In this document: positions 63,324-64,000 of the stretch, one piece after another
Layout: each line of letters opens with the position of its first letter
Numbering within the stretch: position 1 is the stretch's first letter
Source of the DNA: Acanthaster planci
Lineage: Eukaryota
Reading direction: 5' to 3'
Length of the DNA stretch: 64,000 nt
Assembly (NCBI RefSeq): GCF_001949145.1
Contig: NW_019091360.1
Coordinates: 1,795,599 to 1,859,598, forward strand
Notes under the pieces: generated by a model
Seen by the model: the letters and a program-made list of their open reading frames with translations, nothing else
Told to the model about the DNA's origin: nothing
Databases searched by the model: none
Program-made: the position numbers and the translations under genes

Positions 63324-64000
63324 CACAACCAGGTCAGCTCTTTAAACACAAAACTGAAACGTTGAATTCAACAGAGTCTCCATGCACGGCACGTAAGCCC
63401 TGTACATCTGGGTACAGTCCACTAATTCAAGCCCCACTGAAAACAGTGTAAAATCAGCACTGTTCAGGGCCCAANTAATTATTCCCACAAAGCAAAATCA
63501 CCCCTCAAAAGTGATTTTTCCGAAGTCTGATTGCAGCCATTTTTTCAAGTGGCAACCCTCAACTTTCTCGAGCACTTAGGACCATTTTTCAACCGTGGTT
63601 TTTAGCCGTTCTGCTCTCATTTGAAAGCTCAAAGACCCAGGGAGTTGATCCTGGCAAGGATTTACACAATCTCACCATTTTGGGGGCCAAGCAATCTCCT
63701 TTTCCAAAAGATACTGCGGGGCACTTTTAATGCTAATGAGCTGGCCAGAAACTCTCCCTTGAATTGGTGGTCTGCACCCATCTATCACGTTTGTCCCGCT
63801 TTACCCTCCAGTATGTTAACAACAATAGGGGGGCGTAGATCGGCGAGGGGCGGGGTGTAGAATGAACGGTGAGGGGGCGGGTATGTAGATGACCAATTTG
63901 TTTTTTTCCATTTCGTTTGCTCGCAGCTGCCGTTAGTAATCTGTTCGACCTTGGTGGTAAAGTATTATGCGTGCACAATAAACTTTCCTTTCCCCCCCCC

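Noticed and set aside
62604..63345. Repetitive K/N- or F-rich ORFs, or a CRISPR-like array
   Set aside because: This is a degenerate minisatellite inside a TIR element, with no unique spacers or cas genes, in a eukaryotic context.

Overview
This is eukaryotic (animal, probably marine invertebrate) genomic DNA with a 105-nt assembly gap. No prokaryotic system, CRISPR array or intact transposase is visible. The one well-supported gene is a spliced + strand C2H2 zinc-finger transcription factor of the Ikaros/Hunchback superfamily (exons 22542-22747, 24704-24791, 25694-27094; probable first exon 20745-20921). It has seven fingers in a 4+1+2 layout, with Hunchback-like words in the N-terminal fingers and an Ikaros/Pegasus-like C-terminal pair. 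It sits head-to-head with an unidentified - strand gene (ATG 20532, GTAAGT donor) whose introns probably span the left 20 kb. The window splits at about 32.7 kb into a CpG-depleted, TACATG-rich left domain and a CpG-rich right domain that holds a CpG-island non-coding first exon (donor at 50783). Most of the rest is non-autonomous DNA transposons, a tRNA-derived SINE and a tRNA-containing tandem repeat. Notable transposons are two nested TAG..CTA elements with 9-bp TSDs (AcademH-like), a TAC..GTA foldback with a 6-bp TSD (IS3EU-like), hAT and Harbinger-like MITEs, and a four-copy CpG-rich palindromic family. All calls were made by eye; no searches were run.
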